35,601 nt of DNA from Octopus bimaculoides (Eukaryota), in assembly GCF_001194135.2 (NCBI RefSeq), contig NC_068983.1, positions 34,832,300 to 34,867,900 on the forward strand, in the 5' to 3' direction. Numbering within the stretch: the stretch's first letter is position 1; each line of letters opens with the position of its first letter. The notes under the pieces were generated by a model, which did not search any database, was not told where the DNA came from, and worked only from the letters and a program-made list of their open reading frames with translations. Position numbers and translations under genes: made by a program. Shown here piece after piece: positions 11,300-23,477 of the stretch.

Positions 11300-11720
11300 C
11301 GCAAATCCATAGCCGCACTTATACATCCAAGTATTACTACAATCACCTCGACCGCAAAGATAGTAATAATATTACCTGCCAGAGCACATCTCCTATTGAA
11401 GTCTCTATCCGCATTGTGCATTAATCTTCTAGAAAGGAGATGCATCTGACCCGCCGAGCCCACTAACGCTGACGGATCCCTATCCAACGCACAAGGAGTC
11501 CGCGTACCCCTCAGTCAATGGCTTTTATAAGTTCGACTTCAGGACATCTAGAACCTGCCTTCTAAATGGAAATTTTGAGAAGAAAAGTGTCGTCTACAAG
11601 TGCATTGTTGAGATAAACAGCCGGGTCTCATGAATACAAACCTTGGATTTACACTCTACCAATCGAGAATGTCTTCAAACATAAGTGGAAAGACATGGAT
11701 TTGAAAATCAAATGTTTTTC
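11300..11720 (+). mobile_element. Highly decayed Penelope GIY-YIG N-terminal region
   Basis: Peptide RTCLLNGNFEKKSVVYKCIVE (about 11555-11615) matches the PLE CPLxGxCxxxxVVYKxxV motif. It is followed by LGFT, a degenerate YIG. Confidence 0.5.
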
Positions 11721-11931
11721 TCCAATTCTAGTGTGCTAACAATCACAAGCTGACAACCGCGCATAACATGTTGCTCAATGGATCACCTGCTATGAAAGAA
11801 CCTTCGCAATTGGCTCCTGGCCCGTTTACGCTGTCAGGCATTTCACTCATAGAAGTTGTTTGCGTGGTGGATTTTGTGACGCCATCACTGTATGGATTAC
11901 TATCTACTCCAAAGGTGAATTATTCAAACCC

Positions 11932-12432
11932 CAATCCTTTCTATATTAACCAAAATGAAGTAGATTGACAAATTTATTTTTTGAACCAGTGGAAGACACG
12001 CGAGATGTCGAAATATTGTTCACAAGATAGCAAATGGCACTCTTTTTTTAATTTTGACTCTATATCTTCAGGAGGAGTTACCTCAATCCTTTCTATATTA
12101 ACCAAAATGAAGTAGATTGACAAATTTATTTTTTGAACCAGTGGAAGACACGNNNNNNNNNNNNNNNNNNNNNNNNNNNNNNNNNNNNNNNNNNNNNNNN
12201 NNNNNNNNNNNNNNNNNNNNNNNNNNNNNNNNNNNNNNNNNNNNNNNNNNNNNNNNNNNNNNNAACCCCAATCCTTTCTATATTAACCAAAATGAAGTAG
12301 ATTGACAAATTTATTTTTTGAACCAGTGGAAGACACGCGAGATGTCGAAATATTGTTCACAAGATAGCAAATGGCACTCTTCTTTTAATTTTGACTCTAT
12401 ATCTTCAGGAGGAGTTACCTCAATCCTTTCTA

Positions 12433-12436
<4 letters not shown>
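11932..12436 (+). repeat. 152-bp tandem duplication spanning a gap
   Basis: Unit starts at 11932, 12084, 12269 and (17 bp only) about 12421. Copies are near-identical, with 1 SNP seen. Confidence 0.9.

Positions 12437-12493
<57 letters not shown>
12434..12493 (+). repeat. (TTA)n microsatellite
   Basis: Direct reading. Confidence 0.98.
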
Positions 12494-12699
12494 TGTACAT
12501 GGAAAGAAAAGACGATTGGTCCAAATACAGATATCCACAGATATTTGTTAAATTTTTGTTGTTTCGAAGGGTTTATTGTATTCATGTACCATATTTTTAT
12601 TAGCTAAGAAATGTTTATGATGTTGGTGTCACTCAATTTCAGCCCTTCGGGGTTTGGTATATTTCTATTTCAAAATCTATCACATTTGAAAAGCAAATG

Positions 12700-13920
12700 A
12701 AATATGGCATTGATTTTTTTGACAAACACCAAGGTGAAAGAAATCGAAAATTTCAACACACCAAGGAGAAAAAAAACGAAAATTTCGATAGAGCTTTATC
12801 ACCGTTATCTCAAACCAGCACCACCACTACTACCATCTCTGTCATACCATTGCCGAATGAAACAACAACAACAACAACAACAACAAAACAACAGCAGCAA
12901 GGCAAATGAAAAAGAACTAAATATCAACATAAAAGCAATAACAGACCCTAGAACGGACGCTTGAACAAACATTTAATCCGAACAGCACGCAAACGATTTC
13001 CACCACCACCGTCATCATCACAAGAAATGTTGCTCGCAGAATGCAGAATGTCTCCGCGAACGAATTGAAACAGGTAAGGCACATGTTCTCTGCCCAAGAG
13101 GAAACAAAGTCTGAAACAATTATGTATACACCAGAATGCATGAAAACGAAAACATGCTCCGAAATTGTACCAGACGTTGTCATTCTTATTTCTGTATTGC
13201 CCACAAGGGGCTAAACATAGAAGGGATAAACACGGACAAAGGAATTCAGTCGATTACATCGACCCCAGTGCATGACTGGTACTTAATCTATCGACCCCAA
13301 AAGGATGAAAGGCAGAATCGACTTCGGCGGAATTTGAACTCAGAACGTAACGGCAGACGGAATACCGCTAAGCATTTCGCCCGGCGTGCTAACGTTTCTG
13401 CCAGCTCACCGCCTTCTGCCAAACGGCTCATAACTATATGTGACCGTTGAGTGCAGAAAGCAAATATGTCACTTGCGTGGTAACACAAAACCACCTTCAG
13501 ACATTTAACCCAGAAGAAAAACAAAGAAAACAGAAAGAAACCACTACTTTTGCCGGAACATACCATCACAGCAGCAACAACCAGAAAATCAAAATCGGCA
13601 CCAACAATAGAACATACTCACAAGAACAACAGTTGAAATGACAATTTCAACAACCACCAAAGCAACTGCAACAGTATTTACGTCACAGAAAATACCAATA
13701 GTGGCAGCAACAGCAGCAAAAATAAAGAAAACACTGCCGAAGAATGGTAACTGATAATGAACAAGGAAAAAAAAACATCAACAAAAAGTCAGAGAGAATC
13801 GGACAGACAGAACCTCTCAACGATATACCAACACCATTTCCAACAAAAAGATCATTACAAACACCATCATCACCATCACAACACCACAGGTACAACGAAC
13901 GGCTCAAACACCCGTAAATA
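12700..13920 (+). mobile_element. Probable decayed Tx1/L1-like ORF1 remnant, interrupted by a SINE
   Basis: Q/T-rich low-complexity coding-like sequence, ETIMYTPECM-like motif, and a degenerate knuckle (RKQICHLRGNT/NHLQTFNP, 13467-13510). Lies directly upstream of a Tx1 RT fragment on the same strand. Confidence 0.4.
13185..13413 (-). mobile_element. tRNA-SINE, near full length (Meta/MESC-like domain)
   Basis: Reverse complement GGCGGTGAGCTGGCAGAAACGTTAGCACGCCGGGCG...GAGTTCAAATTCCGCC (A/B boxes)...GCCTTTCATCCTTTTGGGGTCGATAGATTAAGTACCAG...GTGGGCAATACAGAAATAAG tail. Confidence 0.9.
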
Positions 13921-13945
13921 ATATAATGCCCACAATTAAAAAAAC

Positions 13946-14186
13946 TCGATTCTGTTAAATACAGATTTTAAAATTTTGGCCAATGTTTTAAGGAAGTTGG
14001 CGCTTGTTGTTGAGGGATTGATTGGTGATGCGCAAACTTGCACCAGTCCAAACAAATTTATCCACAACAACCTCTATCTCATGCAATACATCATAGGGAT
14101 GGGTTGAAGAACCCAGCAGGCTGATCAATTTGGTACAATCGAAAGCCTTTTATATTTTCACCCACTAATACTTAGCTGCCGTTCTC
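13946..14186 (+). mobile_element. Tx1/L1-clade reverse transcriptase fragment (domains 1-3)
   Basis: SILLNTDFKILANVLRKLALVVEGLIGDAQTCTSPNKFIHNNLYLMQYII, then after a frameshift LINLVQSKAFYIFTH*YLAAVL (cf. LINLDQSKAFDRVDHQYLAAVL). Confidence 0.85.
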
Positions 14187-14212
14187 ACACAAACATATAT
14201 ATACATAGATAC

Positions 14213-14247
<35 letters not shown>

Positions 14248-15415
14248 NNNNNNNNNNNNNNNNNNNNNNNNNNNNNNNNNNNNNNNNNNNNNNNNNNNNN
14301 NNNNNNNNNNNTATATATATTTATATATATATTCATAAACACATCCCTTGATCTAGTTAGGCTTCATATGTATTGGTGGGTGTCTAAAAACTATCGGTAT
14401 GGCGAAATCTTTCTCCCTACAAACTTTATGCAGTGAAAACAAGTTATATTTCTAATCTAATTGACACCAGGTCTTGCGAAGAATAATGACATTCTTTTCC
14501 AGCAATGATGGTGACTATATAAAGAAATGAGAATTTTAATTCGATCGCTGCCAACTTTGAAGCAGGAAGTTCCTAATCAAGCTTTATAACCAATCTATCT
14601 AACTTTCGCTCAACGAATAAACTGAGTCGTGAGTTTCATGTCAATCTAAATGTTTCTCTATTTAAATACATATTTATACCATTGTATCTAAGTGTTCCTA
14701 TAAAAGCTGTGTTCTGAGTGAATGCACACTTTACTTTTGTATTCGGCATGGTGCAGGTTACGTAACTAACATATACAATTTCACTTAACCAGTCTGCTTA
14801 GCTGTTTGTTTTGTGCATATAAATATTTTTGTTGTTTTTTTATATATACATACATGTTTTAAATTAGCGTATATCTAAACATTTTTCTGTATAAATTAGT
14901 TTTGTACGTGGATTTCCATTTACAACATTTTATTTGTGTCTTTGGCATAGAGCAGACTTTGTAAAATACAAGCGAAACTTTTGGCCATCGAGTCCATTAA
15001 GCTCTTTGTTTTATGCCTATATACTATATAAGTATTTTTGTATTATATTATATTGGTGTATATCTAAGCGTTTATATCAATCTGCTGAAGTACATGAATC
15101 GATATTTGCAATACAGTACTTTAGTATCCCTATATACATTTCAGTATTTTGATACTAGTTTTAATCTATTTGACTATCTATGTATAGGTAAATTTGGACA
15201 GATATGAGTATCTAGTACGTTTGTAAGGCCGTCTGTATTTTGTAGGATTTGTACTGGTAGTAAATTTATTATGAGTTCATTACTGCAATGAAAACCACAT
15301 ATCACCCATAACTGAAAGTATTTCATTCGTAAAATCACCTATTGGCTCTTTGCCCCTATTGATTGGAGTCCATGATAATTTATTGGTTGATTGTGGAATT
15401 TATAGTGATCATTGT

Positions 15416-15738
15416 GAAGGCGTGTGGCTTAGTGGTTAGGGCATTCGGCTCACGATCGCAAGGTCGTGAGTTCAACTCACAGCGGCGCGTTATGTTCTCA
15501 AGCAAGACACTTTATTTCACATTGCTCCGGTCCACTCAGCCTGGAAAAATGAGCAGTACCTGTGTTTCAAAGGGCCAGCATTGTCATATTCTTTGTCACG
15601 CTGAATCTCCCTGAGAACTACGTTAAGTGTACACGTATCTGTGTAGTGCTCATCTACTTGCACGTTAATTTCACGAGCAGGCTGTTCTGTTGAACGGATC
15701 AACTGGAATCCTTATCGTCATAATCGACAGAGTACCGA
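15416..15738 (+). mobile_element. tRNA-derived CORE-SINE (OR-like)
   Basis: A box TGGCTTAGTGG, B box GAGTTCAACTC, CORE-like TCAAGCAAGACACTTTATTTCACATTGCTCC...AAAATGAG. The 3' tail is shared with 25128-25508. Confidence 0.9.
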
Positions 15739-16089
15739 TGATCATAGCAATTGCTTCTTCTCTATTGTTTTCAAAGCTGATTAATATTTTTGTATTTGCA
15801 GTAACTTTAACCAAACATGACATTCTAATTACATTATGATTAACGCTGAGTCCCCAACAAAATATTTTTGCTAAATCAAGAGAGATGATTTGTCAGTGCA
15901 TTGTCATGCTCATTTTCTTTTCACTTTTCAGTGGCAGGCACACTATCTCCTTCTTCCTGTTAGATACAGTGCGAGTGGGAGGAGGACATGAATTTAAATT
16001 AAATACAGGTCATTGCTTCTGAATTGAACTGGATGTAGAGCTTGGTGAGCGAATTATATTTCTGTAATTAAGCCGCAGATTAACAAATT

Positions 16090-16240
16090 AACAGACGTCG
16101 GTGACAACGATGACAATGACAACGATGACAAAGACAACGATGACAAGGACGAGAACGACGACGAAGCGGGCAATGATGATGATGATGATGAAGATGATGA
16201 TGACGATGATGATGACGACGACGACGACGACGACAACGAC

Positions 16241-16277
<37 letters not shown>

Positions 16278-16370
16278 GCGACGTGGATGTAATCATAATA
16301 GATGAATATGCCTGAAAGCAGACACATTGATAGACAAGCAGAGAGATAGACAGATAAACAAGCCGATAGG

Positions 16371-16441
<71 letters not shown>

Positions 16442-16620
16442 GTAGACATGAGGTAGATAGATGGAGATAGATAAAGGGAGGGAGGAGAGAAATAGAGAAA
16501 GAAATAGAAACACTGAGAGAGAGGGGGGCAAGTAGGCAGACGACCAGACAAACAGAAAAAGGAAGCAGACAAACAGAAAAGGAGGTAGACAAACAGAGAT
16601 GGAGGTGGTGAAAGAATGTT
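16090..16620 (+). repeat. Compound microsatellite (GAC/GAT)n, (GATA)n, (GACA)-like
   Basis: Direct reading. Explains the spurious poly-M/T/S ORFs here. Confidence 0.95.
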
Positions 16621-17137
16621 TTGGAAATTATTCACATTTCTCAACAATTTCGATAGAGCAATGTTGTCTGCAACAAAGAAAAAAAATATAGGCAAAAGTC
16701 CTTTTGACTTCCGTTTACAGATTTTTAATGTTTTCTCCTAATCCACTAGGAGCATTTTATATTATTGTTTTATCTTAATTTATTCATGAATTTACTCATC
16801 TATTGTAGAAAAAACAAAGAATTGTTTTTAAATCAGTCTAGATTATTTATAATTTCTTTTTGTTAGCCATTATTCAATGTGTATTTTCCCCTCATTTTGC
16901 ATTTCATTTGGTTTACTTTTTTATTGGTAGATAATTTTTTTCATTTCGATTTGTTTCATATTATTCCTTAACAGTATTTAAAGAAAACAAAAAAGTAAAA
17001 GCATTGGCATACCTTTTAGCGGGTCACCATATATTTTAGATAATGGTTCGTTCATGTAAATCTATTGTCAAGGGACGCCACGCGAACATTAAACCGGTAG
17101 TCGTATTTATCTCTATCTTTAGGTTTGTGCATATATT

Positions 17138-17139
<2 letters not shown>

Positions 17140-17201
<62 letters not shown>

Positions 17202-17228
17202 TACATTTATACACACACACACACACAC
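17140..17228 (+). repeat. (GT)n followed by (AC)n
   Basis: Direct reading. Confidence 0.95.
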
Positions 17229-17543
17229 ATATATCATAGATCAGATCCTAATATTCTCCGTATGAAATACACTTAGTACTGCTTAAGATATTTAAACTTG
17301 GGCGGTATAGAGGTAAAAGTAGGGATAAGTGAATTAGACAGATGAATACATAATCACTATTAAATACATGAAATACAAAAAAAGATTTTATTTGTATACC
17401 TATAAAAAGATCCATTTTAGCCCTTTAATTCTCTATATCATTTCTAATCTGTGTAAGTTGGACCTTTTTATATGATTATGTATATACATATTTTGTATTT
17501 CATGTACTTAAAACAAACTACATATTGATCTGCCTACTTCGCC

Positions 17544-18807
17544 TATTTTGTTATCCCATAAATAGTGTGTTTTCTTTTTTCAATTGCATGAGCTAAAAGT
17601 CGGAGGGAGACAGGATAAAGTACCTGCATCTACTTGCTATAAAAGCAAGTAGTAATTTTACTCTGTCCTTATTCTTAGTGTAAGTGTTGAAGAGTGCAGT
17701 TCGATTTTAACAGTTATTTTTTCAGAGGTATAATGGAAATTAAAACGTAGCAAATTCGGCATATTTTGCTTGTATAAGTTCTGCAAGCAGCAACGCAACG
17801 TAAAGTACGAAAAATAAGAATGAAGTATATGAGGAACGGACAGCATAAACCAGTGTCAATGGTGCTTCCAGAAATTCTGAGCCGGAAACAACAGTCTAGA
17901 AGACGAGCCTCGTTCTGAAAGATCTGTAGACTCCGATTAGGACATCGTGCAAACCATGGTAGGACAAAATCCCGTCGTAACTGCTGACGTGCTAGCAGAG
18001 AGGTTTGGATTTGGTCGTTCAACCATTAATTGACACCAGCGTGCCATCGGACAATTCAGGAAATTGGGTCAATGAGTGCCTCACAAACTTTCCTAGTCAA
18101 ATCGCGTGTAGAGAGTGAATGTGTGCTCGTCTTTGCAATCACATCTCATAAATGAACCTTTTTGAACAGAATAGTGACTGGTGACGAACAATGAGTTCTC
18201 TATAAAAATGCGAAGGACCGAAAATATTAGGTAGGGAAATGAGAAAAACCAGAACCACATGATAAAGAAGGTCTTCGCCCACGTAAAGTGTTGTTATCTG
18301 TTTGGTGGGATATGAAAGGTTTAGTCCACTTTGAACTTTTAAACCCAAACCAAACGATAACAAAAGAGATCTACTTCGAGGAGCTTGAGCGGCTTAAGTC
18401 AGCGCTAGAAGAAAAACGACCATCTTTGGTTTCAAGACGAAAGGTGTTCTTCCATCAGGATGATGCTCAACCACATACTGCGAGGATGAGATTCGAAAGG
18501 CTGGAGCAGTGTGAATGGTAAATGGTGCCCCACCCACCATCTTCGCCGGACATTGGCCCGTCTGACTATCATTTATTCCGCAGTGTTTAAAATCATTTGG
18601 ACGGAAAAAAGTATGAAATCTGTAGACGAGGTCATAACAGTACTAGAGGAAATTTTTTTGTCACGGACAAGTGAAATTTAGAAGAGGGGCCTTGCAAGTC
18701 TACCAGATAGATTGAAGAGCACTGTAGAAAATGAAGAAGAGTATATTTTATCTTAAGTTTGAAAAATAAAAAAGTATAAATAAACACATTATTTATTGGA
18801 TGACTCA

Positions 18808-18810
<3 letters not shown>
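17544..18810 (+). mobile_element. Full-length decayed mariner transposon (D,D34D)
   Basis: Imperfect TIRs TATTTTGTTATCCCATAAATAGTGTGTTT (17544-17572) and AAACACATTATTTATTGGATGACTCAACA (18782-18810); about 1.27 kb. Motifs RIVTGDEQ, SVWWD, HQDDAQPH and HPPSSPDIGPSDYHLF, with 34 residues between the 2nd and 3rd Asp. Confidence 0.95.
17734..18760 (+). pseudogene. Mariner transposase pseudogene
   Basis: ATG near 17734 (MEIKT*QIRHIL) to EEYILS* near 18760, with many stops and frameshifts. Confidence 0.9.
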
Positions 18811-18869
<59 letters not shown>

Positions 18870-19766
18870 CAGATGAAAGAAAATATCATGAGACAACGCA
18901 TTTAGCAGATGTGTACATTTAATAATTGTTTGATTGTTCTACAATATTTAAATTTTCATTGCCGAACATTTCCACACTATCAGATAGATATAAGTAGTCG
19001 GAGTGAAAAAAATTAAAAAGAAGTTTTAAATGGTTTCTAAGTGAGTTGTGTAGCTTATTTGGTCAATTCATGTCTCGTGATTGTTTTAGCTATCTTAGTG
19101 ATAACCCACGTCGTAGAGTAGATTAGCCACTGTCACAGTTAGTTGGCATTCTGAGTGTTTTATTCTTACGCTCTGACATTAGTTCGTATGCTACACGCAG
19201 CAGAGGACACAGGATTTTAACACCAGTTAGTCAGAATTCTGTAGTGTGTAATATTCCAGTTACAACAGATATAAGGTATGCAATTTGATAAAAGTGGGTG
19301 AAATTTGACTTCGTGTGAGCGTCTTTAAATGATGGCGCCACTTTCAGCAGGGAACGATACCGTAGGACTCCAAATACCCTGCAGCACAGAGGATATGCAC
19401 AGAGGCGTTGCTACTTCAATTTGTAAGGAGTGTTGTAAGATGTGACGTGGAGAAAATTAAAATGCTTCGAGGATCATTAACTAAAGAAAAAAAAATGAAT
19501 GGTAGAAATAGAATTAGCACAGACTAAACGCACTTCACGAAAATACATCGACAACTTTAGAGTTTCATTACTTCATTGTAGTGTGATGTGGGAAACAATA
19601 GCCTTCTTGCCTAGAAGCTAAATTTGAAAGAAATAACATAATTACCGAGTTGATTTTCAAGAAATACGTACAGTCGAATTGGAGGTGCTCCAAGAAGATA
19701 AATAGTTGAACACCGCATTAACCAAGTAAACACCAAAAGGATGTGTGAATCTTTTCAAGTCTGGGA

Positions 19767-19768
<2 letters not shown>

Positions 19769-19822
<54 letters not shown>

Positions 19823-20870
19823 GGTTTGACTCAGGTTCGGTCTTATTTCTGGTAGCATTTATGTGGCTAGTGGGTTACTATCAGTAACTTTAGGTATCCA
19901 CAAGTTTTCAGTAGTTTTTCAAGTGCTTAGAAACTTCCTGATAATCTCTGCTGCCCCTAAGAGACAAACGTTTTAAAGGAGCTTTTCAGGGCATTCTATT
20001 TCAGTCTCCTTCAGCCATTTGTCTATATCTTTGCTTTCTGTTCCTACCGCACAAATTATTATAGGCACGAGCTCTTTATTGTTCTCATGCCCCAAATTTT
20101 TCTTATTGCAAATTTTAAGGTGTTGTATGTTTCCTTTCTTTCCTTCATTTTGTTTTTTGTTTTTCGCCTTCTTTACGATTCTGTAAGCAAACGGGCATGA
20201 TGGGTCGATTAGTAAGCAACTGTGCATTTCCCTATCTATAATTTTCCGGTCTGTTATTTTCTAACTTCTTGTTCGTTTGAAGAGGAAAGTCCCCCAAAAA
20301 TCTAACATTTTTCCAACTCCAGTACGTTTTTCGAGCCGATGACTGTACCCTGTGTTTCCAGCTTCAAATCCCTATTTCTGGCAAAGTTTCCAGTGTAAAA
20401 CTTTTACAAGCTGGTCGTGCCTCTATTTCCTATACTTTTCCTGTGCCAACGGCGGTATTCTACCACAATGTGTGTCACTGTCTCGTCCCAAGTTCCACAG
20501 GCTCTACATTTTTCTAACACATTCTCTGCATATATATTTTTTCTCAAGTTATTTGTTTTTATCGTTTGGTTTTGGGATACTATAATTAGGCTCTCTGTTT
20601 CCTTTTTTTTTTCTTTTTCAATTGCCCCTTTTTTAACCAAGCTCAGGATTTTATTCCACATACATCTTCAGTGGCTCTCCAAAATTGGTCACGCAGAGGT
20701 TTCTCTTCAATCTGTCTGATGTGCTCACTTTGCATTTCATTCATGTCCCTCCTGTTAAGCGCTGAGGTACTACATGGTGGGACAGAATCCGAAGTTACAT
20801 GATTGTAAAGCAAAATTATTTGCCTCAAAGCCATGCCCCTGCTTATTTGTACCTCAAGCAATTACAGAAA
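19769..20870 (-). mobile_element. Dong/R4-clade LINE 3' remnant ending in a (TAA)n tract
   Basis: KETESLIIVSQNQTIKTN...KCRACGTWDETVTHIV...RHDQLVKVLHWKLCQ...NNRP...CLLIDPSCPF...VPIIICAVG...CLLGAAEIIRKFLST*. A short 3' UTR then runs into (TAA)n at 19769-19822. Confidence 0.92.
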
Positions 20871-21180
20871 TGACCCTACAAAGGGAAAGGTGCGCAAATA
20901 CAACGGCACGCACTCTTATAAAAATATATATTTGACAGCAAGCAGCAACGAGACATTTAACACACGATAAGAAAAAGATTTTGATAACAACAATAATAGG
21001 ATAATGTCTCCAGTAATTAGCTACAAAACAAACAACGAAGGAGCTAATGAACCAAGAGTCAAATTAAAATACACAAAGCCACCCCCGAGAGAGAACGTAA
21101 AGTGTTGGGATTACATTTAACTTCTGACATTTCATTTTCAAGATCCTTTTCTAACTATTCTTTTCTGAGTGTCATAATAT

Positions 21181-21428
21181 TCTTTTATTCTTTTATGCGT
21201 TTTCTTGTTTCAGTCATTTGACTGTGGCCATGTTGGAGCACCACCTTGGATGGTTTTAGTCGAACAATCGACCCAAGGAGTCCATTTTTCAGCCTAATGC
21301 TCATACTATCGGAACCATTTACCGAACTGCTAAGTTGCGGGGACGTAAACACACCAGCACCGGTTGCGAAACTGTGATGGGCGGGCAAACAGACACAAAG
21401 ACACACACACACAGATATATATATATAT
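21181..21428 (-). mobile_element. tRNA-SINE 3' module running into a gap
   Basis: CTTGTTTCAGTCATTTGACTGTGGCCATGTTGGAGCACCACC...ACGTAAACACACCAGCACCGGTTG, homologous to 4832 and 11180. Confidence 0.85.
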
Positions 21429-22117
21429 NNNNNNNNNNNNNNNNNNNNNNNNNNNNNNNNNNNNNNNNNNNNNNNNNNNNNNNNNNNNNNNNNNNNNNNN
21501 NNNNNNNNNNNNNNNNNNNNNNNNNNNNNNNNNNNNNNNNNNNNNNNNNNNNNNNNNNNNNNNNNNNNNNNNNNNNNNNNNNNNNNNNNNNNNNNNNNNN
21601 NNNNNNNNNNNNNNNNNNNNNNNNNNNNNNNNNNNNNNNNNNNNNNNNNNNNNNNNNNNNNNNNNNNNNNNNNNNNNNNNNNNNNNNNNNNNNNNNNNNN
21701 NNNNNNNNNNNNNNNNNNNNNNNNNNNNNNNNNNNNNNNNNNNNNNNNNNNNNNNNNNNNNNNNNNNNNNNNNNNNNNNNNNNNNNNNNNNNNNNNNNNN
21801 NNNNNNNNNNNNNNNNNNNNNNNNNNNNNNNNNNNNNNNNNNNNNNNNNNNNNNNNNNNNNNNNNNNNNNNNNNNNNNNNNNNNNNNNNNNNNNNNNNNN
21901 NNNNNNNNNNNNNNNNNNNNNNNNNNNNNNNNNNNNNNNNNNNNNNNNNNNNNNNNNNNNNNNNNNNNNNNNNNNNNNNNNNNNNNNNNNNNNNNNNNNN
22001 NNNNNNNNNNNNNNNNNNNNNNNNNNNNNNNNNNNNNNNNNNNNNNNNNNNNNNNNNNNNNNNNNNNNNNNNNNNNNNNNNNNNNNNNNNNNNNNNNNNN
22101 NNNNNNNNNNNNNNNNN

Positions 22118-22151
<34 letters not shown>

Positions 22152-23435
22152 GGGTGTGTGTTTGGGTATGTGTATGTGCATGTGTGTGTAGGTTTTTAAC
22201 ATATAGACTTCAAGCTCTGAGTCGTTATAAGTTTAATGATGTCGCTTGTTTTTATCTGCCTGTGAACTATTATTTTTTCAGAAAACAAGGGACATACTCA
22301 GTCACAAGTTGACTTCCCCAATATATATATGTATGTATATATATACATTAATTCTATCTCATCCAGTTCAGTTTTATATTTAGTTTGGAATTTGAAGGAT
22401 TGCAGCAATCTATTGAACAGTTTTACAACTGTAAGTCATCACCTGCTAGGTAAATGAAATGGAAACACATTCACATACATGCACATACCCATACATACAT
22501 ACATCTGGTTGCTAAACGAAATACAAGCACAAATACATACACATATACGTATGCACACACATTATGCATCAGTGTGTGCATGTGTGGGTTATGTATGGAT
22601 GTGCATTTGTTTACGTAAGCATGATAATGAAAATACAACACAAAAGATGTCAGAACTAACAGATACAAAATTTATTTATTGTGTTTATATAACTGAATAG
22701 ACTCCCAGTAAACTATGCCTCCAACTAAAAGTGCATTTCCTTCTCTGGATTTAAACACAGGCTTCCCTTTCGATTTTCATTATTCTTTTCTATTTCAGTC
22801 GCTTTCAGTCATTTTCTTTAAAAATATTTTATTCAACAATTTTATTTACACAGTTATTTGTTTTTAGTTTGATGTACTTTTGTAAATATTGTTCTGAACC
22901 ATACTAATGTAAAATAAGACATCCCCTCACAACGATATAATTCTATAGACTACTTCAGCTAAATACTGCTTATTTGTTGATTTCTTTTTCACAATACACT
23001 ACGATACTTGACGCAAACTATTTCCTTTCTTTCCAATATGGCTGCATATTTTTTCTAATATTTTTTTAATACTTCATTCCTTTATATAATAACTTAAATA
23101 CCCATTCTCCTTTTCCTTGCACTGATTTCCTTACCCTTATTACTATAAAATATTTTTGTTGTTTTTCTTCCTCTTCATTTTCTTCTTCTTTCTTCATTTT
23201 CTCCAACTACTGCTACTTTCTTGTAAACTTCCCTTTTTTTCTATAATTGTTTCTTTTATTATTTATATCTAATTTTGGTCAAATTTGTGTTTCTTCCGTT
23301 TTATTTCTTATTAACCATTATAATTTATGCTTTTGTACTTTGAGCATTATTTTTTTTTCTGGACTTGTAATGCTTTTCTCATTTGCCCTGATCGTTGTTG
23401 TTATTCGTTCTTCAGTTCCGTTGCTTCTCTATTTA

Positions 23436-23477
<42 letters not shown>

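Noticed and set aside
11740-11920. Minus-strand open stretch with GDPLSNML, like RT QGDPLS
   Set aside because: Lacks the preceding Q/G spacing and any downstream YADD; could be chance.
11932-12436. CRISPR-like repeat-spacer appearance
   Set aside because: The intervening sequences are identical copies rather than unique spacers; eukaryotic context, no cas genes.
15416-15490. tRNA genes at SINE heads (also 25128, 13413, 5650)
   Set aside because: A/B boxes are present but the cloverleaf is not closed, and each continues into SINE body and tail.
16054-16695. 213-aa and other long ORFs over repeats
   Set aside because: They are translations of GATA/GAT/GAC microsatellites.
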